This document shows, piece after piece, positions 25,068 to 38,490 of a stretch of DNA of 64,000 nt; position 1 is the first letter of the stretch, and every line of letters starts with the position of its first letter. The DNA lies in contig NC_087437.1 of assembly GCF_036321535.1 (NCBI RefSeq), forward strand, positions 85,314,001 through 85,378,000. Reading direction: 5' to 3'. The stretch comes from Camelus dromedarius. Taxonomy: Eukaryota. Made by a program: the position numbers and the translations under genes. The notes below the pieces were generated by a model. That model saw only the letters and a program-made list of their open reading frames with translations. It ran no database searches and had not been told where the DNA came from.

Positions 25068-26312
25068 CAGATTGAAAGTGAGGAAATGGAAAGATTACTC
25101 CATGCAAATAAAAATAAAAAGAAAGTTGGATTAGCAATATTTATATCACATAAAACAGACAAAACAAAGACTGTAACAAGCGACTTAGGAGGAAATTACC
25201 TAACAATCAAGGGATAAGTCCAGGAAGATATAACAACTGTAAATGCATATGCACCCAACATAGAAGCACTGAAATACATAAGGCAAATATTAACAGACAC
25301 AAAGGAAGAACATGACAGTAACAAATAATAGTTTGGGACTTTAACCCCCCACTTACATCTATGGTCAGATCATCTGACAGAAAGTCAATAAGGCCCTTGG
25401 GCATGCTAAGCTGGTAAGCTAAGAGAATTATGTCAGATAAAGAAATACTGAATGATTTCACTTGTACATGGAATCTAAAAAACAATACAAATCGGGAGAA
25501 GGTAATAGCTCAGTGATAATATGCGTGCTTAGCATGCCCAAGGTCCTAAGGGTCAATCCCCAGTACCTCTATTTAAATAAATAATTTTTAAACATAACAA
25601 TACAAATGAACCAACATAAGAAACAAAAAGTTATACATAGAGAGAACAAACAGGTGGATACCAGAGGAGAGAGAGTGGGAGGAGGAAAGGAATAGGGGAG
25701 GGAAATTTAGAGTTACAAACTTCCTGCTGCAAATAGAAGAGTCATGGATATGAAATGTACAGTGTGGGAAATTAAGTCAATAACTAAGTAATATCTGTCT
25801 ATGGTGACATATAACTAGACTTGTCTTGATGATCATTTTGAAATGTATTTAAAAAATCACTCTGTTGTGTAACAGAGACTAACATAGTGCTTCAGGTCAA
25901 TTATACTTCAAAAACAAAGAAACAAACTCGTACAAAAAGAGATCAGATTTGTAGTTACAAGAGGCAGGACATGAGGAGAAGGGCAACTGGATAAAGGCAG
26001 TCAAAAGGTACAAACTTCCACTTATAATATAAATAAGTATCTAGGATATGATATACAACATGATAACTTATCAGTAACAGTGCTGTATGCTATATATGAA
26101 AGTTGTTAAGAGGGTAAAGCTTAAGAGTTCTCATTACACGCAAAACTATTTTTCCTGCTTCCTTAATTTTCTATCTTATGAGATGATGGTTGTTCATGAA
26201 ACTTACTGTGATAATCATTTCAGTAGGTCAGTCCAATCATTAGGCTGTACACCTTAAACTTATATAGTGCTATATAAAAATTATATCTAAATAAAACTGG
26301 AAGGAAAAAAAA
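25068..26312 (+). mobile_element. LINE-1 endonuclease fragment (about 25068-25395) joined to an L1 3'UTR with A tail
   Basis: EN motifs (agattgaaagtgaggaaatggaaa; aatgcatatgcacccaac; gggactttaac) are followed within about 40 bp by 3'UTR (tggaatctaaaaaac...). The 3'UTR resembles 1880-2260 and ends aataaaactggaaggaaaaaaaa. Confidence 0.9.
25493..25595 (+). mobile_element. tRNA-derived SINE, Vic-1-like (camelid)
   Basis: tRNA-Ala-like head with A box (tagctcagtg), anticodon arm (cttagcatg), decayed B box (gggtcaatccc) and AT-rich tail. Perfect 12-bp TSD aacaatacaaat at 25481-25492 and 25596-25607. Confidence 0.88.
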
Positions 26313-27249
26313 GCCATGGCAAATTGATACAAAATATGAACAATGTTCATGCCTTATAAGTGCCCACTGCAGCTGAAGCCAATTATTTCAATCCTTTGGA
26401 AAAGTAAAATAATTATTTAGAATCTTTCTTCTAAATATCCCAAACAATGGATTCAATTTATTTCAATAAATAAATACCATAATAATGTAGCAGATACATA
26501 TCAGTGCACAGTTGCTATTAGGACCCTCACTTGTTAACTTCAAAATAAAACTTTATTTCCATTTCCAATTTAATTTTGAAGATAAAATCTCAAATATTTA
26601 TTTTTCTTCTGCACAATTAACTTACGTCTATTTTAAAGTCTATACACCTTAGTTGGTCTATTTTGTAACAGTTATATCCAAAAAAGTAAAGTAATTCTAT
26701 GTAATTGTGGTGTTGGCATACATAAATATCACAATAAAATTTCATCTCCTACATAAACAAAATATGCATATTGTTACAGATTTTTTTCATTCCTCTTCTT
26801 GACCTTAGACCTTGTTGGGCTTTTAAACATATCATGTGTTCATTCTTTTATGTCTGGTTGCTCATTCTAGACCTTAAAGAGATGTCCATACCAATCATTT
26901 AAACTTCTCAGTTTTACTCCCCTCTTTTAGTCCTTATTTTCCAAAATAGCTATTTTAACCTCTTGTGAGCTCCTTTTTTATTCTACCAATTTCATTTGCA
27001 AAGTATAAATTGATAAATGTATGTCAGATGCATAAAAAATAGCTGGATGCTACATGAATGATGTATACAGATGATGGATTCCTAATCTAATTTATATACA
27101 TGCATATATAGGCAAGTATGTATATTTATAAGCATATATATGTATATGAATAAATATCTATATGTGTGTTTGTGTAGAGAGACCATAAATGTATATAGAA
27201 AGCCAGATGTTCCTTCTCTTCAATATATACTGATTATGTTGGTATGGTA

Positions 27250-27600
27250 TTTTGGATATGGCATATATGCTGGGGAAAAATTAAGTAAAGAATGCCTGCT
27301 TTCAAGGATATCACAGTCTACCGGCTGAGAATGTTCAGAATAAGGAATATTATAATACAAGGGGATCAATGCAGAGGCTACAGGAGACTATGAGAGGGGC
27401 ACAAAACCCAGGTTATGGGTTAGTAAAGATTCTCTAGAAGAGTAATTTTTGAAATCAATCTATTCAGCTAACTAGGAATCTTATAGGTGAAGAAGGAAGA
27501 AGAGAAAATTGAAACACTAGAATCAAAATGTTTAAAAGGAAAAAAATGTGGCATATTTTGAGAAGAGCAGGTAATTCAAGATTAATGGACTACAAGACAA
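27250..27600 (-). mobile_element. LINE-2 remnant
   Basis: tgctgggga...cctgctttcaaggatatcacagtcta and the following purine-rich tract are typical of antisense L2. Confidence 0.55.
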
Positions 27601-28589
27601 AAATGGAACATAATTATTTCTCTGTTGAGTAATTATGAAGAATAATCAAGAATAATCTCTCTTGAGAAGACAAGCAACAGACTATACAATTTCCTTTAGA
27701 TTGCAGGCCCTTCTTACAGAACTGATGGGTATGAAAATTTAGAATTACCAGAAACTACATAGTCAAATGAGTTATTTTTTAATTTCATAAGAACAATCTG
27801 CTTTGCTTTATATCCATACTATATAAAATCCATTTATCTATGAATTATTGTATGAACTTATAACAATTTGTGAAGATAATTTTAAAATTGTATGCTTTAT
27901 AAAAAGTTCAAAATAGTAGGTGGTGAGAACATTAGCTGTGTTTTTGTTATATATAATTGATTTGTCTCAGAATATGTAGTTCAGCCTCCTGTGAGCTCTA
28001 GGAATGTAAAATGGCTCATTTAACATAGTTAAAGCTGAAATATATTTATAGAACCATTATATATATGGTCATTTTTAAATAGAATCAGTATTAAAAGCTT
28101 GTTAACAGAATCATGAGTAGAAATTTGGCTTGTCTTTTATTCTGTGAAAAGATAAAAAAGAAACAATGCATAACAAACATCTTCTAACATGTACACAAAA
28201 AGAAATTTCATCTAACCAGAGGGATTTCCCTTAGAAATCATGATAATTCTATCTAATGTTCTGGAAACAGATTTTGAATGAGATTCTCTTTGCTCTTGGA
28301 TGCAAAAAATATTTTCCCCACAAACTCACTGCTTTATCACCAATGCCCAAACCTCATTTTCTCCTCCACTATAGTAGTAAAATACTGACTTTCCAAGCTT
28401 TTCTGACGGATAGGGGTGGGCCACATGGCGCAAGTCTAGATAATAAGATACAAGCAAAAGCTTTCAGGAGAATGCCTTGCACAAGGTGTTTTTTTTTCCC
28501 ATAACTGAGAACAAAGACAAGTATGGCTTGTCCTATTGCTTTTCCCCTTCCTGCCTTCAACCCAAATGTGATGCAGCAACATGTACAAG

Positions 28590-29060
28590 CACAAAGGTGT
28601 GGTAAATGCACATTTAATGTTATTAGAAACTGCCCAACTATTTCCCAAAGAGATTGTACCATTTCATATCCCCACTAGCAATGTATGAGAGTTACACTTA
28701 CTTATCATTCTTGCAAACACTTTGTATTTTCAAAATTTCCTATTTTTGTTCTTCTATTACATATTAGAAAATAACCCATCGAGGTTTTAATTTGTAATTC
28801 CCTAATGACTATTTAGAATATCTTTTCATGTGATTTTTCCTTAAAATCTTTTGCCCACTTTTTAACTGAGTTGCTTGAATTATTACTGAGTGGTATATGT
28901 TACTTATATATTTTGTTATGAACGTTCTTGTGCCAGTCTTTTTGTAAATATATGTTTTTATTTCCCTAGGATAAATACCTGGAATTGGAATTGCTAGTCA
29001 TAGAGTAAACGTACCTTTAGACTTAGAAGAAACTGTTAGAACTATTTCCAAATTGTTGTT
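28590..29060 (-). mobile_element. Old LINE-1 ORF2 3' fragments, antisense
   Basis: aactgcccaactatttcccaaagagattgtaccatt...cccactagcaatgtatgagagt; ggataaatacctggaattggaattgct. Confidence 0.8.
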
Positions 29061-29074
29061 CTAGATAATTTAAT

Positions 29075-29138
29075 TTATATATATATACATATATATATGT
29101 GTGTATGTGTGTATATACATGTGTGTATATATGTATAT
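29075..29138. repeat. (TA)n/(TG)n compound microsatellite
   Basis: Direct reading. Confidence 0.85.
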
Positions 29139-29144
29139 GGCCTT

Positions 29145-29520
29145 AAAGATAGAGTTCACTCTTCCTCCAGATTCATTAACTACCCAATATGAAAATAACA
29201 TCCTTAGGGGCAAAGGTCAGATGGCTTAGCACACATTATAAAATAATTAAGTTCTCAAAGTTTGTAATTCCTCAGTTGTGATTCAACCCACTGGGCCCAT
29301 CCATTTGGACTTCTCTGCATTGTTTTCACAGGACTTAGTGGGCAGAGAAAACTTATGCAAACACGATTCTTAAGTGCTTGCTGTGCCATGAGTAATAGAG
29401 TAATTTATATATGACCCAAGAATCTCACATTTTCTCCTAACATACAAGAAATAGTAAAAATTCTAAAATGTTAGATTGCAAGTTATGGTAAATCTCAGAC
29501 TATCCATAGTTCTTGAGCAT
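29145..29520 (+). mobile_element. LTR40-like ERVL solo LTR remnant
   Basis: tgcttgctgtgccatgagtaatagagt...tgacccaagaatctc...tgttagattgcaagttatggtaaatctcagac...agttcttga matches the remembered LTR40 3' end. Confidence 0.65.
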
Positions 29521-29734
29521 TGACCATACTGTTTTACATGCTCACACATGCATAATAATATTGAATATTACATACTCCTCCCCAAATTTGATGCTGTTTA
29601 ATGTAATTTTAAATATTTATACTAGATAAAAATTCTAAGTTGACAGCTTTTTATTAAAGTCTTAAAATTTTCATTGTCATTGTTTCTGACAAAAAGACCA
29701 GTCATTTTACCGTTGTTTCCTTGCATGTAACATC

Positions 29735-30900
29735 CAAATATAGCAGGTAAGCTTCTTGACATCTTGATTATTTTGGATTTGACACCAAAAGCTAAGGTAA
29801 CAATAGTAAACATAAATAAGTGGGAATTCATCAATCTAAAAATCTTCTGCTTAGTAAAGGAAACTATCAACAAAGTGAAAAGGCGAACTATGAAATGGGA
29901 GAAAATATTTGTAATCCACATATAAGTGGTTAAAATCCAAAATATACAAGTCAATAGCAAAACACCCCAAATAACCTGATTAAAAATGGCCAGAGGATCT
30001 AAACAGACACTCTTATAAAAAGGCATGCAAATGACCAATGAGTACATAAAAAAAATTCTCAACATCACCAGTCATCCAGGAAATGCAAATCAAAACCACA
30101 ATGAGGTGTCACCTCACACCTGTTAGGATGGCTCTTATCAGAAAGACAATACCAAATGATGGTGAGGATATGGAGAAAAGGGAACACTTGTACACTGTTG
30201 GTAGGAATGTAAACTGGTACAGCCACTGTGGAAAACAGTATAGAGGCTACTCAATAAGTTAATAGAGTTACCACATGATCCAGCAACCCTACTGAGTATG
30301 TTATCAAAAGACAAAATCATCTGGAAGACATATCTGTACTCCATGCTAATTGCAGCATTATTCACAATAGCCAACGTATGGAAAATACCCTAAATGCCCA
30401 TCAAGGGATGGATGCATTAAGAATGTGACACACACACACACACACACACGCACAACAGAATATTATTCAGCCTTCAAAAAAGAGAAATCATGTCCTTTGC
30501 AACAACATGGATGAAAATGGAGAGCAGTATGCTAATTGAAATATGCCAGACAGAATAAGTCAAATACTGCATGGTATCATTTATACGTGGAATCAAAAAA
30601 AAAAAAAAGTTGATCTTATAGAAACAGATGTAGAAAAGTGATTGTCACCAGCTAGGGAGAGATTGGTAAAAAGGAATACCCTTCCATTCACAAGGTATAT
30701 AAGGTCTGAATACCTAATATGTTTCATGGTGTCTATAGTTGATAGCACTGTATTGTATAATTAAAATTTGCTAAGAAAGTAGAACTTAAATGTTATTACT
30801 AAATTTTTTTAAAAAAATTAAATATGTTTGGTGATAGATGTGTTAATTAGCTCAATGAGGGGAACTGAAAATATGTATTTATGATATATTATCTTTCAAT
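29735..30900 (+). mobile_element. 5'-truncated LINE-1 (ORF2 C-terminus and 3'UTR) with internal (CA)n
   Basis: tgggagaaaatatttg, aatgcaaatcaaaaccacaatgag, tacactgttggtaggaatgtaaactggtacagccactgtggaaaacag. Confidence 0.92.
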
Positions 30901-33445
30901 ATTCATGTGGCTATCATGTATACATTGTCTATTTCTTTCCTATATCCTAAAATATAAAGAAAACTCTCAAAAAAGTCTCTTAATAATATCTGTCACAGGA
31001 CTGCTCCCAAGAGTATATTGTACATGTTATTTTGAAAGGTAAAATAGCAAACATACAACTTTAATTTTCACCATGTCAAAAATAATTATGAAGAGAATAA
31101 GGGCAGAGAAAACACTAAGCAAAATAAGAGGGACTTGAGGATATTTGAAGAACTAAATCTATTTGATGTGTATAACATCAAAAATGAGTCTAAGTGATAG
31201 AAAATGAGGGTATATATAAAGAATTTCAGGGACACTATTACAAAACTGGTTATAATATTATTAAATGAATCTATGATACATAACAGAGAATAAGATGCAT
31301 TTCTATTTTTAGTCTTAACATTTTAAAATATTTGTTTTGAAAAAAGTTAATAACCTACATAAAAACATGAACTGTATCTTAAGCATTTTTGTATCTCTGG
31401 TACCCAACATAAGTCCCAGAATGCAGCTTAGGAGTTACTGAATAAAAGAATAAAGTAACAAATGACTAGATAAATGAGTGAGTATTGTTGCCTAGTAGGA
31501 TACTGAAATATGATTCATGTGGCTGTTAAACATAACTTTATGGGGAATATACAGATAAAAGTAAACTAGATAGAATACACATTGCCTTTCTTTGGGAATT
31601 TTACCCATTCCACCCCCAACACTCACTCGTCACACCCAGATCCCAGGAAACAATTAACTGTTGAATTGCTTAGGCTCTACTCTGCAAAAAACAGAACTCT
31701 GAAATCATTCTAGTTACAGAATTCTGAGTTTTGTACTATTGTTCTAGTGAAAAACAGGATTTCAAAATCAAATTAAATTAATTCAGAGTACATTATTTAA
31801 ATTCTTCAAATCATTAAGTTGCTTGGACAAGTTAGGTATAGGCAATGCACTCAAACTAATTAAATGTGATTAGAATCTCAGATCTTCTAAACATAAAAGG
31901 CAATCTGAGTAACTGACAGCTGTGACAGTTGTGAGACTGGGGAAAACAAAAATAAGACAAAGTAGAATGCTTTCAAATATATGAACCTACTCAGAAAAGA
32001 TAGAGTATATTTTCCTATTTCCCATTAGTATTTTCCTGTTTGAACTTGACATTAAAAAAAAAAAAATAAGCAGTCCAAGAAGTTCTGACTCACATTACCA
32101 TTAGCTGATCTTCCATGGACCCTGGAAAAGAGTCACTTGAAAATGTCACACATCCAGACAAAAAATCACTCAACCTGCACGGATATTTGGCTGTACAGTA
32201 TCCAGGTTTCCTAGCAGAACATAACAACAACAGAAAACAACTATTTTGCAATCTAAGGCTTCCTTCCTTATTTTAGAATGACATTTGACATTTTCATTCA
32301 TTGCTTTCTGGGTTTTTAAAGAATTACACCGTAAAAATATTCTGAAATGCACATTTTCACTTCCCTGAAACTTAGAAATATGATGCCTGTGTTAAGTTGT
32401 TTGCCTTTATGGAGATTTATGAGAACCTGGACACCTAGCATAGTTTTTCCATCAACTTTAGAATTCCTTTCACAGAAGAGGTACCTCACTGAGGTTTTTT
32501 CCTCCTGGAAGTATTCAAGAATTTGTTGTGACTATCAGTTAAACCAGTCTTTTCATAAAACTGTCGGCAAATGCAAGCCTGCTTTAGGGCAATACAACTT
32601 CTATTTCCAAATTCCCTAATCACAAAATTTAATATAAATAAAAATGAAATTAAATGATAGCGCAACCATATTATATTGCCTTACTATATATCACACTCAC
32701 TCCGTCATATTTTTTTGCATTTCTTTCATAAGGCAATTCCCATAGTGAACCGATTTTTGAGATATCTTCGTCTTGGCAACTTTGTTTAATATAAATGTCA
32801 TTTTGAGTGCACCCTTACACTAAATCTTGACATCATGGATGCCGTTAGAAACTAGGAACCAAATATTTCTGTGTCCTGGGAGTCATAAAGCTGAAAGGAT
32901 GTTTCAGGTAGGTAATTTGTTTTCACCTTTCTCTTAAGTACTATATTTTCCTCATAATTAAGCCTGCAAGACTCAGAGCTCTGTAGCACATTTAAACATT
33001 AGTTCAGCAGGTGCTCTGGTGGCTCAGAACAGCAGATTACGTAACAGCCCTAAATGGAGATAAAGCAAGAAACAGAATCAAACTCCTGGGAACCTGAGAC
33101 TATAGGGCATCCATCAAAGGGTTTTCTTTTTTCTGTTTTATTCCTTTCCTGAATCTCAGAGCTACAGGTACTTTTATATCACAAATAACTTATCCTTAAC
33201 TTTTATATCTTGGTGTTTCAGGCAAGTTTCAGTCAGTATGCAGCATGTTTTTCTTCACTGGATTTCATTTAAATTAAGATTTCTAAGGTATCTGAAAGTT
33301 CACGGACTGCCCTTGACTTCATCATTCTTCAAATGAGACCCCCAAAATTGGTTCCTTGAATCCATTTATGGCTTTCTTTTTGATAGACACTAAACATCAG
33401 TAAAATATATTCAGAAAACACTGCTTAATATGAAATTAAAAATAG

Positions 33446-33671
33446 GGATAAATTGTGAGTTTCAGATTTGCAGATACTAACTAATATATATATACAAAAT
33501 AAACAACAGGTTCATATTGTATAGCATAGGAAACTATATTCATTATCTTATAGTAACTTACGGTGAAAAGGAATGTGAAAAGAATGTATGTATGTTCACG
33601 TATGACTAAAGCATTATGCTGTACACCAGAAATGGACACAACATTGTAAACTGACTATACTTCAATGAAAA

Positions 33672-33706
<35 letters not shown>

Positions 33707-33716
33707 CAAAAACAAA
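33446..33716 (+). mobile_element. 5'-truncated LINE-1 3'UTR whose tail carries a (CA)n(TA)n microsatellite
   Basis: Similar to the 3'UTRs at 5570, 35625, 38020 and 50800. Perfect 13-bp TSD aaattaaaaatag at 33433-33445 and 33717-33729. Confidence 0.92.
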
Positions 33717-34268
33717 AAATTAAAAATAGATGCCATTAGTTGAATAGAGCAGTGAAAAAGTCACATACGGTATTACTTTATCACATTAAAATCATGCAGT
33801 GCCTCTGCCAAATGTATTTATTAATTTACTTATAATTAAGAAAATACTTGTAATTATTTGTTTAGAATTAAAGTTTCTGAATCTGGAGTATTCCTCATAA
33901 AAATAGTTACCTTTCTTAGATTTCTCATGGACAAGGACATCATGTAACATTTTTAAACTTAAAAAAATAGTTTTAATTCTTCAAAATGTCTTTCCTAACA
34001 CTAGACACAAAATCTTCTCTTTTTATTACTTGAGCTTTTATTCTCAAATTCACTCTTACTGCTTTTTTGTGAAAAACCTGATAGCTCTTCATTGCCCCCA
34101 GATTAAAGATCTAACATGTAACCACAGCGTAGGGAGCTTTTCACAATTTGGTAGCATGTCCTGCTGTGTTGTCATATTTTGTGTCTGTGCTTACCTGCCA
34201 TCAACTGCATGTAATTACTTCTCTTGCCCCAGCTATTAAAATATGTCAGTTGTGCCATTCTACCCACC

Positions 34269-34648
34269 TATATCAGGATGCTAGTGCGACCATAGCAAAA
34301 TACCTCAGATTTGGCAGCTGAAACAACAGAAATGTAGTTTCTCACAGTTCTAGGGGCTAAAAGTCCCCTGTCAAGGTGTCATGATGTTTGGTTTCTCCTG
34401 AGGACTCTCTTTTTGGCTTTCAGATGGCCACCTTCTCACTCTGTCATGACCTTTTCTCTGATGTCTCTTTTTTGTGTCCTAATTTCCTCTTCTAATGACA
34501 GCAGTCAAATTGAATTAAAGCTCATCCATATGATCTCATTTAAACATAATTAACTCCACACAGGCCACATCATGAGGTATTAGAGGGTAGGGCTTCAACA
34601 TGTGATTTTGGCAGGGATGAGGGTAGGCGGACACAACTCGACCTATAG
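34269..34648 (-). mobile_element. MLT1A/B-like MaLR solo LTR
   Basis: aaacaacagaaatgtagtttctcacagttctagggg...tcaaggtgtc...gatggccaccttctcact...gggcttcaacatgtgattttgg. Confidence 0.85.
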
Positions 34649-35624
34649 TAGAACCCTATGTTTCCAAATTAGGAAGTGAGATTTTCCATAAAACTACCAA
34701 GTTCCAAAGAGATAAGCCACAAAAACCCAAACCCAACAAAACAAAACATTTCTTTCTGATTTAATGATTGGAGGAACAGATAAAATATTTTTTTCTAAAT
34801 GATATTTCATTAGAGTTGGAAGAACCAGAGTAAAACCTATTGGTATATCTTAATAATAACCTAATTAAATTGGATCAAATTTATCTAAAAAAGTAATTTG
34901 GCTTTATGAATTATTTTCTTAGTAAACTGGCTGAAACAGGAAAAGCAAATATCGCTTCACATCCTAGAGGAAATGAAGAGATGAGAAGTGAGAATGTAAG
35001 AGCACAACATCAGTTATTTTGAGCATAACTCGTAGCATGCTCCTTGGGAATATTTAGAATATAACACCTTAGAACTCTGAAAAAATTAAATTTCGGATCT
35101 TCAGTGACGAGATTCTGATACTAATCTTACAGGCCAGGGTCTTAGCTTCAGTCTTGACTCATTCTTAATATTCCCATCACAATCTATTTGCTCTATTAAC
35201 TAATTTGTTATAGCACCATATTATGAGTCTTAGATAAACAAATGCTTAATTCAACATTTGATCTATGTCTTTTTCACTCACATTGTTATATATGAATTAT
35301 TTTCTTTCCAAGACTCACGGACACTAATACCTAATTACGACTAATTTTTCACTACCATTGCTGGAATGCCTATGATAGGACAAATTGGCAAATCTCTTCC
35401 AGTACTCTCTAACTATATACCCCAGAAGACTGAGTTAAATCAGTTCATGGAGCAACAATATAAGGGAAACAAACAAAAATATCATTCTGTAATTACTAAT
35501 AAGCTGATTTTTATTATTGTGATAGTCAGAGATCTCTGTGTTATTAAGTTCCACAAGGGAGATTCACTGATTACAAGAAAAACATACACAACTGTGCTAA
35601 TAAGAGAAGTATTCTTTCTTTAAT

Positions 35625-36020
35625 AACAAATACTGTATGACAGCACTTCTATGTGGAATCTAAAAAAAAAAAGAAAAAGAAACATAAATGAGCTTATTTA
35701 CAAAAAGGAAGAGACTCACAAACATAGAAAACAAACTCATAGTTACCAGGGGTGGGTGGGCGTGGGAAGGAGGTTGGAAGGGATACAATGGGAGTACGAG
35801 ATCTGCAGATACTAATTACTATATATAAAACAGATACACAACAAGTTTATACTGTATAGCACAGACAACTAACTACATTCAATCTTGTAGTAACCTGCAA
35901 TGAAAAAGAATATGAAAAGGAATATGTATGTGTATGTATGACTGAAACATTATGCTGTGTATCAGAAATTAACACAACAGTGTAAATTGACTATAGGTCA
36001 ATGAAAGGAAAAAAAAAAAA
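35625..36020 (+). mobile_element. 5'-truncated LINE-1 3'UTR with poly(A)
   Basis: atgtggaatctaaaaaa, G-rich tract, gactgaaacattatgctg and an A tail. Confidence 0.9.
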
Positions 36021-36679
36021 GCATTAAGTGAAGCTATTTCCTAGGAGGAGAAAACAGGAAATTTTACAGAGAGTAATACAAAGGTGTGCTTATCCAATAG
36101 ATTATCTGGTAACCCCAGATTTCTCACTGGTTTGTATATTGATCTAGAATTCAATAACCACCTGCACACTTTCTCAAAGTCCAATTCTAAGTCCTTGACA
36201 TGGAATGAAGATGGACATTCACGGTCGTCACACTGAGTTTCAGGCTGGCTGAGAGGAAGACAGAAAAGGAAGGTTTTTATCCAGTGAGCTTTTCTTTAAG
36301 CATCGTGTAGTAATAAAAAGGTGCAAAACCTATCAGATGCCTCAGTAAAACTATACAATATTATGATTGACTCTCTTCTTGGTTTTTTAAGTTGTTGAAG
36401 GTCAGTTACATAAAAGGTAAAAAAAAAGCAGAAATTCAGCAGTCCCTGGGCTCCATATCGAAAACAGCAGTATCCTCCACTCACTCTCAGTTCTGTCACC
36501 ATGTTATATACTCTAGTCATCTTCTTGCACAGAAAATCACCTTATTTTTCACTATTACTTCTTGAGTCTCTTAGAATAATACATTTAAGTCAACCTAGTT
36601 CTTCCCGTTATCCTAGGTACCAGTGGCTCTTCCTACATAGACATTCCCAACTGCACTTCCCTGGTCATACCTGAAGATA

Positions 36680-37116
36680 CTGGTTTCCTCTCTATCCAAC
36701 AGTAGAAGGTTCCTATGAAATTTTTTGCAAACTGAAATGGCCTAAAGTAAAGAAGCAGTTACCTTGGGGCACATCTTGCTAACGGATGCACAAAATAAAT
36801 CAAGATAAAGCACAGATGCTCACAGATCCAATTCAAAGCCATGGCAGCTTGATGCAGAGATGCTAAGGGTAGTTCTGGGAAGGCGCTTGGTGGTGCCACT
36901 CTCACTGCTGGGGGTGGTGGTGCACTGCCTCTTTAACAGCACCAGGCAAAACAAACTCTGAACAGGATTCTCACTTTTGGCCTCTTTTTGTAAAAGTGAA
37001 AATTATCCTCTGATTTCTTTTGGTTAGCGAAAATACTAAATACTAGAGAAGATACTAATGTAAGTCCTTCCTAAAAGTGAAGTGGCGTAGATCAAACTTT
37101 CAAAGCAGAGGCCTGC
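36680..37116 (-). mobile_element. Tigger6a-like DNA transposon derivative
   Basis: acatcttgctaacggatgcacaaaataaatcaagataaagcacagatgctcacag and ggttagcgaaaa...aaagtgaagtggcgta match the remembered consensus in reverse orientation. Confidence 0.75.
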
Positions 37117-38017
37117 ACTTAACCATTATACTGACAAGTGTATCACTTGTCTCATTCACAAAACTGAAGTCGCTTAGAACCCATAGAATGTTTATTAAAT
37201 TACAGTGACAACTACACACAATTGCTGCAACCATAACCGACTGAAAGTGACCACACGACTCTACTTCTGTTCTATACTCAAAAATTTTCAGTCATTGCTT
37301 ATCTGTTCAACATAGAAATTGTCTTACGTATCAGTGTTTTTACAGAGTGACATCTGTCATTTTTAACTGGCTTAGAACTCTCTGAATTCCACACCCACAG
37401 ATTTGTACACAGCCATGATTATCAGAAAATTGTCTCTTTCAGTATCTTTTATATTTTCATTTATTTACAAACTTTTCAACACCTCAAGAAAACACTTTGT
37501 GTAAATATTCCCATGCTTATCATCACCATTAATCAGATTAGGTTAATAATATTTCTCTTTAATTTTCTACTTTCTTCAGTTTTATCACCTGTTCCACAAA
37601 GATATTTGGGCGAGAAGTCTTGAAGTGATGCATGTAGACAGTATGGTAATTATAAAAGTTATACTGCTACTAGCATTTCATTACTAACGTATTTTCTCTA
37701 GAGCAGTGGGAATTTTTGTCAACAACAAAAACATATTTTTGCAAAGGTCTATGAAAATGTTCTTTTCTTAAGATATCTTCAATGTATCTGATGCAACTAA
37801 TAGTCACCTATCACTAATATGAAGAAAAGAGAACATGATTTTGAATAATTATTTTCAAATAAAATTAATATATAAATCTTACACACTAGAATTCAATATA
37901 ATTTTTAGTTTGATTTTATTTGAAATTAAGGCAAATAAGCCATTGTAGTTGATATTAAAAGGGTAATAGGCATAGTTGAGCTAATTTAATGAAAATACTG
38001 AAATCCTTAAAGAATTA

Positions 38018-38490
38018 ATAATGCCGTTTGAAGCAATATGGATGGAACTAGAGATTATCATACTAAATGAAGTAAGTCAGAGAAAGACAAATATCATATG
38101 ATATCAAGTATAAGTGAAATCTTTAAAAAAAATGATACAAATGAGCTTATTTAATGAACAGAAACAGATGCATAGAAATAGAAAACAAACTTATGGTTAC
38201 CAAAGAGGCAAAGTCGGGGGAGGGATAAATTAGGAGTTTGGGATTTGCAGAAATACACTACTATATATAAAATAGATGAATAACAAGGACCTACTGTTTA
38301 GCACAGGGAACTATATTCAATACCTTGTAGTAACCTAAAATGAAAAAGAATACATTTTTATATATATATATATATATATGTATATATTTTATATATACAT
38401 ATATATATATATAACTGAATCACTATGCTGTACACCAAAACCTAACACAACATTGTAAATCAACTATATTTCAATTAAAAAAGAAAGATT
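38018..38490 (+). mobile_element. 5'-truncated LINE-1 3' end with internal (TA)n
   Basis: atggatggaactagagattatcatactaaatgaagtaagtcag...gcacagggaactatattcaa...aatcaactatatttcaattaaaaa. Confidence 0.92.

Noticed and set aside
25493..25570. tRNA-Ala-like sequence as a functional tRNA gene
   Set aside because: Decayed D and T arms, an AT tail and a TSD show that it is a SINE.
32325..32830. Possible Tc2/Kanga-like DNA transposon remnant
   Set aside because: Only a loose resemblance at one end. No second TIR or convincing transposase motif.
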